From an uncultured Candidatus Saccharibacteria bacterium (GTDB taxonomy: Bacteria > Patescibacteriota > Saccharimonadia > Saccharimonadales > Saccharimonadaceae): 64,000 nt of DNA. The number at the start of each line of letters is the position of its first letter. Position 1 is the stretch's first letter. The notes beneath the pieces are model-generated. The model had not been told where the DNA came from. It made no database searches and saw only the letters and a program-made list of their open reading frames with translations. The stretch is taken from contig CALIXF010000003.1 in NCBI GenBank assembly GCA_938046735.1, positions 16,463-80,462 of the forward strand. Reading direction: 5' to 3'. The position numbers were made by a program, and so were the translations under genes. Positions 28,295 to 37,527 of this stretch are shown here, in pieces.

Positions 28295-29657
28295 GAAAAC
28301 TGTTTTTAGTAAGTTAAGGATTTTCCCAAAAACGTTTCTTAGTATGTCTCTAGTTTTTTTGATTTTAATTTTGATTGTACATGGACTTATCTATGTATTA
28401 ATGAATCAAACTTATGCGGCTGAGAAACAGTTACTAGCGGAAAAGAATTTAGAAGAACTTCGTGTGAGAATTTCGGAGAAGCCAGCTGACCAAATTCGTG
28501 AGATTTGTGAAAAATTTGCGATACAAAAAAATGTAAATTTGAACTTGAAGATTGATGGGAAAGTACAACATTTACAGGGATTTTCAGAAGCTGATATTGT
28601 GACGGAAGATCTTTTGGGAAGCGATACAGTACCGCTTGTTAATAATGAGCAGTTGGGGTCAATCTTGGTATCAAAGTTGGAAGTAAAAGACGCAAAGGGG
28701 GGGAAAGTATTGGTGCAAATGTTGTCGAATGTAGAATCTTTGAATGAGGCTAGAAATGCGACCTTGAAGATTTTGCCACTGTCGTTTTCGGTATCGATGC
28801 TGATGGCTTTGGTATTTTCGTATTTTTATACGAGACTTTTTGTAAAACCAATTGAAAGAATGGCAAAAACGACACGAAGAATGCAGAAAATGGAAGAAGT
28901 CTACTGTGAAGAACGACGAAATGATGAGATTGGTGAGCTTGCGAGAGATGTAAATGAGCTATATATGAACTTAAAGATAACAATTGAGAAGCTAGAGTCA
29001 GAGAAAGAATTGATCTCAAAATTGGAACGGGAAAAAGTTGATTTAGTAAGAAGTGCTTCACACGAGCTAAAAACGCCTTTATCTAGCTTACATATTATGC
29101 TGGAGAATATGTTGATCGGAACAGTAAAACCAAAAAATTATAAGGAGAAAATTGAGGATTCACTTTTGATAGTAGAGAAAATGTCTAAAATGATTCAAGA
29201 TATTTTGAATGCGGACATAGTGGAACGGGGAGATGAAGATAAGGAGATTAACGTAAAGAAGGTGATTTTAGAGGAGTTAAAGGAGTATGAGCTAATTGCG
29301 AAAACTAGAAATTTGCAGTTTGAAGAAAAGATAGATGATTTTAAAATAAAAACTAATGATGTGGCGATGAGAGAAGTACTATCTAATTTAATTTCGAACG
29401 CAGTAAAATATGCAGAAGTGGGATCAACAATTGTAGTGAAATGTGAACGAGGAAAATTTTCAATCTGGAATCAAGGGGAGAGGATAGCAGAAGATCAGAT
29501 TTTGGATCTGTTTAATCCTTTTTATAGAATAGATGGAGAAGGTGAGGGTAGTGGAATGGGGTTGTACTTCGTGAAAAATATATTAACGGAATTAGGATTT
29601 AAATTTCGCTTGGCAGCATATAAGAATGGAATGAGATTTGAGATTTGGTTTAAGTAG
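28278..29657 (+). CDS. sensor histidine kinase (2 TM, about 125-aa extracytoplasmic domain, HisKA plus HATPase_c)
   Basis: 459 aa; H-box SHELKTPLSSL; N/G1/G2 boxes (NLISNAVKYA, GSGMGLYFV); overlaps the response-regulator gene by 17 nt. Confidence 0.9.
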   Translation: MMMKNKKTVFSKLRIFPKTFLSMSLVFLILILIVHGLIYVLMNQTYAAEKQLLAEKNLEELRVRISEKPADQIREICEKFAIQKNVNLNLKIDGKVQHLQGFSEADIVTEDLLGSDTVPLVNNEQLGSILVSKLEVKDAKGGKVLVQMLSNVESLNEARNATLKILPLSFSVSMLMALVFSYFYTRLFVKPIERMAKTTRRMQKMEEVYCEERRNDEIGELARDVNELYMNLKITIEKLESEKELISKLEREKVDLVRSASHELKTPLSSLHIMLENMLIGTVKPKNYKEKIEDSLLIVEKMSKMIQDILNADIVERGDEDKEINVKKVILEELKEYELIAKTRNLQFEEKIDDFKIKTNDVAMREVLSNLISNAVKYAEVGSTIVVKCERGKFSIWNQGERIAEDQILDLFNPFYRIDGEGEGSGMGLYFVKNILTELGFKFRLAAYKNGMRFEIWFK

Positions 29658-29726
29658 AGTGAAATAATATTTCTATCTAGTCTATTAGTCTAGTGTTTTT
29701 TTGTGAATTAATTATAATGGTGACAT

Positions 29727-30665
29727 ATGAATATATGTCCGAAGGTAAATATAGTAGTTGTTTGTTGGAATGCATTACGATATACAATTTATACATTAAA
29801 TAGTTTATTAAAAACTATTAATATTGATGTATATTTGACAATTATAGATAATGGATCTGAAGTTGAAACTAGGAATTACTTATCTTCTTTGCCTGTGCCA
29901 TTTTTTGTAAAAGGTTTTTCCTATATTAGGAATGAAAAAAATTTAGGCATAGGTGCAGCTTATAACCAAGGATATTTCCAGTCGATTATAATTGGTTGTG
30001 AATATACGGTTTTTTGTAATAATGATTTGTGTTTTTCCACTAACTGGTTATTAAAGATGTTAGATTTTATGGATAATAATAAAGAAGTTGCTCTGTTAAA
30101 CCCATTGCGTCCATCTTGTAATGATTATTTTGATGAAAATTTTTATACAACTATGGATAAATTAATGAATGTAAAAGGGGATGGCCCTGACGAAGAACTG
30201 AGGCAGTTTATTGATCCGTATCAAAAGTTTGAGGATTTCTGTAATGCTACATGTTTAATAAATACTAGTATTTTTGGAGAATGTAGGTATGTTAAATTTC
30301 CGGATAGCTTAAGCTCATGTATTTGTATAGCAAGAATGTCTAGTTTGGCAAAATATAATTATTTTGCAAATAACTTATTTTCTCAGTATGGTAGTGAGGA
30401 TATAGATTTATGTTGGACAATCCTTAAGGACGGATATAAATGTGCAATTCTAAATAATACTTATATACATCATTTTAGACACAAATCAGTTGAAGATAAT
30501 AGTTTAGATTATATGTCTAGTCTAAAGCATACCAATACAATTTTATACCTAAAATGGAAGCGAGATATTTTAGAATATATAAAAACTGGAAGAAAAGACA
30601 CATTAATTCCAAAACCTGATTGGATTTTAGATAAAATACTGGGTAATAAGTATGAAGAACAATGA
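29727..30665 (+). CDS. family 2 glycosyltransferase (GT-A fold)
   Basis: 312 aa; N-terminal IVVVCWNALRYT...IIDNGS GT2 signature; markedly AT-rich codon usage. Confidence 0.7.
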   Translation: MNICPKVNIVVVCWNALRYTIYTLNSLLKTINIDVYLTIIDNGSEVETRNYLSSLPVPFFVKGFSYIRNEKNLGIGAAYNQGYFQSIIIGCEYTVFCNNDLCFSTNWLLKMLDFMDNNKEVALLNPLRPSCNDYFDENFYTTMDKLMNVKGDGPDEELRQFIDPYQKFEDFCNATCLINTSIFGECRYVKFPDSLSSCICIARMSSLAKYNYFANNLFSQYGSEDIDLCWTILKDGYKCAILNNTYIHHFRHKSVEDNSLDYMSSLKHTNTILYLKWKRDILEYIKTGRKDTLIPKPDWILDKILGNKYEEQ

Positions 30666-31410
30666 ATTCTTAGTAATAAGACATAGTTATGATGATCATA
30701 GCTATATTGATGGAAAGAATGATACGAGTCTAACAAAAGAGGGGATTGAAATAGCTAAGAAGATGGCAATAAATGTATTACCTAAAATTGATTTGAATAG
30801 AAATGTTCGTTTGCGACATAGTATTAAAAAGCGTGCAGTTGAAACTGCAGAAATATTAAATGAAGAGCTTTATAAACATTCTATTGATCATGATATCGAA
30901 TCGGAACCTAATCTAACTGAATTGTTCCAAGGGAATTTTCGAAATTTTGATTTGATGAGTCATGATCAAAAAGTTAATTTTTTACAAACATGTTGGGAGG
31001 AATTTGATTCTCATCGCCGTGATGGTGATATAGATTATAGATTTGGAGACAATTATAACGCTCATGGAAAAAATATAGATGGCAATTTTGTAGCTTATCC
31101 ATATGGCGAGAGTCAACGTGAATTTTCTATTAGGATAGGTAAATCGCTTATTAATATTTGTAATTTTTTGATGGAGAACGAACAGTCGATTAATATTACA
31201 CATAGAGGTGCAACTAGAGAAATAAAAAACTTAGTTCATTCAATTAATACGCATACACCGGTAGAACAGGTAAAGGATTATGAGATAGTTGGCATGAAGT
31301 ATGGTGAAATAATAAATTGTTCTATAGATGATTTATTTGAGGCTAGAAGAATACTTAAAGAATATATTAGTACACAGATAAGGATTAATAATGAAAGAAA
31401 TAATCATTAA
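30652..31410 (+). CDS. histidine phosphatase superfamily (phosphoglycerate-mutase-like) protein
   Basis: 252 aa; N-terminal LVIRHSYDDHSY (RHG-type catalytic His motif); overlaps neighbouring genes. Confidence 0.6.
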   Translation: MKNNEFLVIRHSYDDHSYIDGKNDTSLTKEGIEIAKKMAINVLPKIDLNRNVRLRHSIKKRAVETAEILNEELYKHSIDHDIESEPNLTELFQGNFRNFDLMSHDQKVNFLQTCWEEFDSHRRDGDIDYRFGDNYNAHGKNIDGNFVAYPYGESQREFSIRIGKSLINICNFLMENEQSINITHRGATREIKNLVHSINTHTPVEQVKDYEIVGMKYGEIINCSIDDLFEARRILKEYISTQIRINNERNNH

Positions 31411-32491
31411 TCAACCCAGAGTCTCTTATTATATTGGTGGAGCTGAAATGTTATCGATGGATCATGCTAGATTTTTGTGTTTAAAAGGTTATAAAGTTAG
31501 ATTATTCACTATTAATCCATATTCGGTCAAACTGCAATATTCTAAGAGATATCTTAAATTTAAAAATGATTTTGCGGATAAAATAAAATTTATTGAAATA
31601 AACTTAAAGCCCAAACATTGGTCTATTTATAATACGTTACCTGGAGAAGATCGATATCGTTGGAATTATGAATCAATTGTTTATAGTAGTATATTTAGTA
31701 ATATAGTAAATAAATTTAAGATTAAAATTACAATAATTTCTTATTATATATTGGATGCAATTGGAGTTAATTCTGATTTAATAACAAACTGTTTGTATTT
31801 GTGTGGTGTCCCGCGTGAAATAGATATTTTTCAGGGTAGTTTTTTATACCCATACAATAGGTTAATTGCTATTACCAATGAAGTTAAAACGTATTGGCAG
31901 CAATTTACATCTAGGATTATATCGGTGGTTTCTAGTGGAGTTGATATAGAGCGATTTTATTTTTATAATAGTAGAAAAGAGATAAATAAAATCTTATATC
32001 TTGGTCGGATACTAAAAAGAAAAGGGATTGAAGCGTTCTTAGACTTGGCATGTTTATTTGGAGATAAAAATAATAATTTGAGATTTGAGGTTGTAGGAGA
32101 TGGACCGAATTTAGAGAGATATAAGGCTGGATTTAATGAAAAGATCAAGTTTGTTGGTAATGTAGATGATCCTGAAAAATATCTTATGGAAAATGATGTA
32201 ATAATTTGTTTTTCTGAATATGGTGAAGGATTACAGGGGGTTATTTTGGAGGCAATGGCTACTGGGTGTTTGGTTATAGCGACACGGACAGAGATAAATT
32301 CTAGTCTATTATCTAATGGAGGTGGAATTCTCGTTGATTATGATTTTGATGATTTAGTTAAAAGTGTGAGGGGTATATTAAATATGAAAATAAGTTATGT
32401 AAATCAAATGAGGATTAATGCGAGAAAAATTATTGAAGACAAATACTCTTGGGATGTTAAAATAAATGAATTAATTGAGGTTATAGAATGA
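31391..32491 (+). CDS. family 1/4 glycosyltransferase (GT-B fold)
   Basis: 366 aa; C-terminal EGLQGVILEAMATGCLVIATRTE (E-x7-E motif). Confidence 0.75.
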   Translation: MKEIIINQPRVSYYIGGAEMLSMDHARFLCLKGYKVRLFTINPYSVKLQYSKRYLKFKNDFADKIKFIEINLKPKHWSIYNTLPGEDRYRWNYESIVYSSIFSNIVNKFKIKITIISYYILDAIGVNSDLITNCLYLCGVPREIDIFQGSFLYPYNRLIAITNEVKTYWQQFTSRIISVVSSGVDIERFYFYNSRKEINKILYLGRILKRKGIEAFLDLACLFGDKNNNLRFEVVGDGPNLERYKAGFNEKIKFVGNVDDPEKYLMENDVIICFSEYGEGLQGVILEAMATGCLVIATRTEINSSLLSNGGGILVDYDFDDLVKSVRGILNMKISYVNQMRINARKIIEDKYSWDVKINELIEVIE

Positions 32492-34095
32492 AGCTGATTT
32501 TTATGAGGCATGGTGAGGCAAACGATAATGTTGAACAGATTTTTTCATCAGATAATTTATCTTGTTCGTTATTGACGAAGCATGGGACTAAACAAGTTAG
32601 GCAAACTGCAAAGAAGTTAGGCAAAATAGATAAAGTATATTATTCACCAATTTTTAGGGCAGTACAAACTGCTAATTTAATTAAAGAAAAAATACCTAAT
32701 GTAGAATTTGTATCTGAAGATAGGATTACTGAAATAAATTATGGTATTTATAACCAGCAGAAGAATGACCCTATGCTAAATGAAGTACGTGAACGTCAGA
32801 AAGACGGAGATTTTTTTATAAGATTTGGTAGATACGGAGAAAATAAGTTTGAGATTTATAATAGACTATTAAGTTTTATAAAGGATTTAGAGGAAAAAAA
32901 TTTTAACAATAATTCTATTTTGATTATTTCGCATGGAAGTATTATTGCTTTTTTGATGAGAATCTTAAATATTAGATCTAATCACTTGAGGAAAGGTGAT
33001 TTTATATGTATTAACGATGTTGATTTTAATGAAGTAAATAAAACTAGACTTCATTTTGAAGAGGCAGTCCGTGATGTTATAAAACAAAGAGAAAAAGTAG
33101 TTAGCATAGTCAATAACGATAACTTAAAGTCTTATCTTTTCTCTATAGCTGGTAATTATTATAATGATATTAATTTTGATGAATCTGTTCTAACTGAATT
33201 ATGCCAAGGATTTAATGATAAATTGACGCTAGTTTCTAGTAATACGAATATTGATAATAGCTTGAACGGAAATATTATATGTGTTTGTATTTTTAGAAAC
33301 TTTATTGATTTTTTTCAGAAGTGGATATTTCACTATAATGAATTAGGGGTGACTAAATTCGCATTAATTAATTGTGGGTCTCCCAAAGAAATCAATATTA
33401 TTAAAAAGTTTGCTAATAGTTTTGATGTCGATATCGATTTTTGGTTATGGTCTGGAATGTTTAGCTGTAACAAAGAATGTGCAATAAAACAAAGAATTAT
33501 TGATTTTTATGGAAAAAATAACTGGTATTTACTTGTAGATTCTGATGAATTATTTATTTTTCCAAACTTTAAGGAGAGGAAAATTTATAACTATGTAAGT
33601 GAGCTGGAGAGTCGTCAAACTTATATTACCAAAAGTTTGATGATTGATGTTTATCCTAAAGGTAATATATTGGTAAAAAATAATATAGATGATTGGAAGT
33701 ATATTGACAAGGATGGATATTGTCGTGAATCGAAATTTGATAAAATACCGAGATATTATGGAGGGATGAGAAGTAGAGTGTTTGGAATTAAATCAAGTAT
33801 TCAAAAGATTTCACTTTTCAAATATACGGGAAAAGAATTTATAGCTAATGATCATTTTTTATTCCCTTACATATTAAATAATGCGCCATTAAGACATATT
33901 CTTTTACATTATAAGTTTCAACCGGGCTTTTTAAATTTTTATAAAGCCTTAGTTGATGAGAAAATACACTGGAACGACTCTTCTGAATACAGGAAATATT
34001 TAAAATTAATCGAAAAAAGTAACAAGATAGATTTATTTAATGATGAAATTTCTGTAGAGATTAATTATGATAAGATTTTTGATATTTTAAAATAA
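32488..34095 (+). CDS. fusion protein: N-terminal histidine phosphatase (PGAM-like) domain plus C-terminal putative glycosyltransferase-like domain
   Basis: 535 aa; N-terminus MKLIFMRHGEANDN (RHG motif); C-terminal about 330 aa with a DSDE (DxD-like) motif, uncharacterised. Confidence 0.55.
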   Translation: MKLIFMRHGEANDNVEQIFSSDNLSCSLLTKHGTKQVRQTAKKLGKIDKVYYSPIFRAVQTANLIKEKIPNVEFVSEDRITEINYGIYNQQKNDPMLNEVRERQKDGDFFIRFGRYGENKFEIYNRLLSFIKDLEEKNFNNNSILIISHGSIIAFLMRILNIRSNHLRKGDFICINDVDFNEVNKTRLHFEEAVRDVIKQREKVVSIVNNDNLKSYLFSIAGNYYNDINFDESVLTELCQGFNDKLTLVSSNTNIDNSLNGNIICVCIFRNFIDFFQKWIFHYNELGVTKFALINCGSPKEINIIKKFANSFDVDIDFWLWSGMFSCNKECAIKQRIIDFYGKNNWYLLVDSDELFIFPNFKERKIYNYVSELESRQTYITKSLMIDVYPKGNILVKNNIDDWKYIDKDGYCRESKFDKIPRYYGGMRSRVFGIKSSIQKISLFKYTGKEFIANDHFLFPYILNNAPLRHILLHYKFQPGFLNFYKALVDEKIHWNDSSEYRKYLKLIEKSNKIDLFNDEISVEINYDKIFDILK

Positions 34096-34131
34096 AAAAA
34101 TTTCATATTAATTTCACATTGAAATGATATT

Positions 34132-35535
34132 TTGATAGTGAAAGGAATTAATATGGAAGTAATACAGAGAGCGTGGCATTTTATCACGCGAAAAAAAATA
34201 AAGACATTGATCATGATGGTGATCTTAATTTTGATCTCAACAGTGATTTTGAGTGGTCTTGCAATTAAAAATGGAACGGATCAAGCGGCGAGTAAGATCG
34301 GTGAGAAAGTTCAGAGTGCTTTTGTACTCGAGAATAATGCAAGGTATAACATGGGAACACCAAGAGGTGCCGGTACGGTTAAAAATAAAGATATCGAGCA
34401 AATCACAAAACTTGATGGTGTAACTGGTAGTGTAAGACGAATGGATGCGCTAGTAGATCTGAAGAATGCGAAGCAGGCGAGGTTACCTGGTGGAGTAACC
34501 GATTATGATGCTAAAAAGGAAAAAGAATACGGCGAAGCGGTGAATTTTATGGGTGTAAATGATTCTAGCCGTGAGCTAAAATTTAGAACTGAGACATTTA
34601 AATTGGTGGCTGGTAGGCACATCAATGAAAATGATAAGTTTAAGGTGTTAGTACATGAAGATTTTGCAAAAATGAATAAATTGCAGCTTGGTAGTAAAAT
34701 CAAAGTACAGGCAAATCCACATGATCCGGACAATTTACAAAAATCTCATGAATCGGCTGAAGTGGAAATTGTGGGAATTTTTAGCGGAAAAAATTCGCGA
34801 AAAGCGGGAGTACGCTCTGAACTATTTGAGAACATTTTCTATACAGATCTTGCAACGACAAGAAAAGTAAATAAAGTGAATTTGGATAACGAGATTTATC
34901 AGAATGTAACCTTCTTTGCAAAAGATGTAAATACGATGGGGAAGGTGTTAGAACAAGCAAAGAAATTACCAGTGAACTGGAAGATGTATCAATTAACAAA
35001 GAGTGAGCAAGAACTTGCTGGTATCACGAGTACAATTAGTGGAATTTATGGATTAGTATTTGGAGTAATGGTACTTGGAATGGTGATCGGTATTGGGGTA
35101 TTAGCACTTGTATTATTCTTGTGGATTAACGAAAGAAGAAAAGAAATTGGTGTATTGCTAGCAATTGGGGTTTCAAAATTTAAAATTATATTGCAGTTTA
35201 GTTTAGAAATCTTAATGATCTTTGTAGTAAGTTTTGGTTTGTCATATTTTACGGCAAAGGCAGTTTCACAAAATATAGGAAATGATTTGGTGGCTCAAGC
35301 TTCAAAGAATACGACAAAAGAAATTAATAAATCACTGAAGGGTGGTAACTTTGGTGCAGATGCAGATTCTTCAGTATCAACAAAGACTATCGATCATATT
35401 GATGTGAATGTAGAGCCTAAGTTATTGATCGGAACTGGTATTTTCGGAGTGATTGTGATCATTGCAGCGGTACTAGTTGCTTCCTCGCCGACTTTGAAGC
35501 TAAAACCAAAGAAGCTATTGATGGAAATGGAATAA
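34132..35535 (+). CDS. ABC transporter permease, FtsX/MacB family
   Basis: 467 aa; TM1, large extracytoplasmic domain, 3 C-terminal TM helices; an alternative start MEVIQ at 34153 is possible. Confidence 0.8.
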   Translation: MIVKGINMEVIQRAWHFITRKKIKTLIMMVILILISTVILSGLAIKNGTDQAASKIGEKVQSAFVLENNARYNMGTPRGAGTVKNKDIEQITKLDGVTGSVRRMDALVDLKNAKQARLPGGVTDYDAKKEKEYGEAVNFMGVNDSSRELKFRTETFKLVAGRHINENDKFKVLVHEDFAKMNKLQLGSKIKVQANPHDPDNLQKSHESAEVEIVGIFSGKNSRKAGVRSELFENIFYTDLATTRKVNKVNLDNEIYQNVTFFAKDVNTMGKVLEQAKKLPVNWKMYQLTKSEQELAGITSTISGIYGLVFGVMVLGMVIGIGVLALVLFLWINERRKEIGVLLAIGVSKFKIILQFSLEILMIFVVSFGLSYFTAKAVSQNIGNDLVAQASKNTTKEINKSLKGGNFGADADSSVSTKTIDHIDVNVEPKLLIGTGIFGVIVIIAAVLVASSPTLKLKPKKLLMEME

Positions 35536-35539
35536 GAAA

Positions 35540-36778
35540 ATGAATATTGTGTGGCGAGCTGGTTTGGCAGTAAGACGAAAATGGGCAAGAAGTTTGACGT
35601 TATTTCTGATCATGGGTTTAATCTTTGCAGCCTTAATTGCTGGGGCGGTAGTAAAAAAATCAATTGGGGGGATGAGAGAGGCTTTGAATAAAAATTTCCA
35701 TGCTGGTTTTACGGTGAGCGCAGGATCTGGACTATTGAAAGAACGGGATGCGCAAAAGATTCTGAAAACAGAAGGAATTAAAAAAGCAAATTTTCAAGCA
35801 AATGAATTAGTGGAAACTGGATCACTTAAATTAGTTGAGGGGGGTGGAGGCGTAACTTTGGATAAGACTGATGAGAGTAAAAATCTGGTAGCTAGTTTTG
35901 TTAATGAAAGTACTGAAATTGAAGAATTTTTAAATGGTAAATATGAAATGCGGGAGGGGCGTGGAATATTAAATGAATCGGATAATGAAGTGCTAATACA
36001 TGAGGAATTTGCAAAGTTAAACCAAATCAAGGTTGGTGATGAGATTGGGATAAGTTTGCTAAAGAAAAAAATGAAGTTGAAAGTTGTTGGAATATTTTCT
36101 GGAAAGGACAGCAAACAAACATTCGCTTCAGAGATGATAGAAAATAGATTTTTCGTAAGTATGAAGACGCTTGCGAAAATAAAAAGCAAAATGGAATATA
36201 CGACAGCAAAATATTTAGTGAAGGATCCAAAGCAGGTCGATGCGGTGATGGGGGCAGTAAAGAAGTTGGACATTGATTTTGGAAAACTAAATATTGAAAA
36301 TAATTTTGCAAAAAAGGCAGGAATCTATCAAACTGCAGAAAATGTCGAAAAGATATTAATGAAGATGCTACTTGGTGTCAGTGTGATTGGAATCTTGATT
36401 TTGGGGTTTGTGTTGTTGTTCTGGTTCAGAGGGAGAGTGCATGAAATTGGAACGTTACTGGCAATTGGAAAAACGAAACTGGATATATTTTTGCAAATTT
36501 TGGCAGAACTTTTGATTATTGCATCGCTTTGTTTTATGCCAGCAATAATGGTAGGAAATTTATCCGCAGGGGCTTTAACAGAACGAATTATGAGTGATGC
36601 GAATCCGGATCAAACAGGGAATACAACGGATATGGTACTTACTAGAAAAAGTTTAGACTTACCAGATTATGTTGAAGTATATTTAAGTGGAATGTCGGTA
36701 ATTTTACTTTCAATCAGTGGAGCTTCAGTTTCGGTAATGAGGCTAAAACCTAAAGAAATTTTAACGAAGATGAAATAG
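35540..36778 (+). CDS. ABC transporter permease, FtsX/MacB family (second subunit)
   Basis: 412 aa; same topology. Confidence 0.8.
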   Translation: MNIVWRAGLAVRRKWARSLTLFLIMGLIFAALIAGAVVKKSIGGMREALNKNFHAGFTVSAGSGLLKERDAQKILKTEGIKKANFQANELVETGSLKLVEGGGGVTLDKTDESKNLVASFVNESTEIEEFLNGKYEMREGRGILNESDNEVLIHEEFAKLNQIKVGDEIGISLLKKKMKLKVVGIFSGKDSKQTFASEMIENRFFVSMKTLAKIKSKMEYTTAKYLVKDPKQVDAVMGAVKKLDIDFGKLNIENNFAKKAGIYQTAENVEKILMKMLLGVSVIGILILGFVLLFWFRGRVHEIGTLLAIGKTKLDIFLQILAELLIIASLCFMPAIMVGNLSAGALTERIMSDANPDQTGNTTDMVLTRKSLDLPDYVEVYLSGMSVILLSISGASVSVMRLKPKEILTKMK

Positions 36779-36785
36779 GAGGAAT

Positions 36786-37418
36786 ATGTCAATTTTAAAG
36801 ATGAATAATGTGGAATTTACTTATGATAATACAGGAGTGCAGGTACTTAAGAAGACTAATGTAGAATTTGAAGAAGGAAAATTTTACGCGGTAGTGGGGA
36901 AATCTGGATCGGGAAAATCAACTTTCTTGGGACTTTTAGCGGGGTTAGATACACCAACGGCTGGGGAAATATTGGTAAATAAAATAGATATTGCTGCGAT
37001 GGGCTATTCATATCACAGAAAGAATAATATTGCGTTAGTATTTCAGAGTTACAATTTGATCGATTATTTAACACCATTAGAAAATTTAAGACTAGTAAAC
37101 CAAAAAGCGGATAGTGCAATTTTGGAGAGGATGGGGCTTGATAAAACAATTGCTAATCGAAATATTATGCATCTTTCGGGAGGGCAACAACAACGAGTAG
37201 CGATCGGGCGAGCGTTGGTATCAAGTGCGCCAATCGTACTTGCAGATGAGCCAACTGGAAATTTGGATGAAGAAACAACTGATGAGATTATTCAAATTTT
37301 AAAGGATGTGGCACATAAAGATAATAAATGCGTGATTGTGGTAACGCACAGCGACAGATTGGCAAAGGCAGCAGATATCGTATATCAGTTGAAGGAAAAA
37401 ACTTTGATAAAGAAGTAA
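36786..37418 (+). CDS. ABC transporter ATP-binding protein (MacB/LolD-type NBD)
   Basis: 210 aa; Walker A GKSGSGKST, signature LSGGQQQRVAIGRAL, Walker B LADEPTGNLD. Confidence 0.9.
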   Translation: MSILKMNNVEFTYDNTGVQVLKKTNVEFEEGKFYAVVGKSGSGKSTFLGLLAGLDTPTAGEILVNKIDIAAMGYSYHRKNNIALVFQSYNLIDYLTPLENLRLVNQKADSAILERMGLDKTIANRNIMHLSGGQQQRVAIGRALVSSAPIVLADEPTGNLDEETTDEIIQILKDVAHKDNKCVIVVTHSDRLAKAADIVYQLKEKTLIKK

Positions 37419-37527
37419 CATAGAAGATGCTAGATATTTTTAGTGTTTATGTTAAAATGAGGGTATTGATTCAGAGGTGAATCTTGATTAATCAAAGTTA
37501 AAGCGTGGGCGAAAGGAGAGGTGTCCC

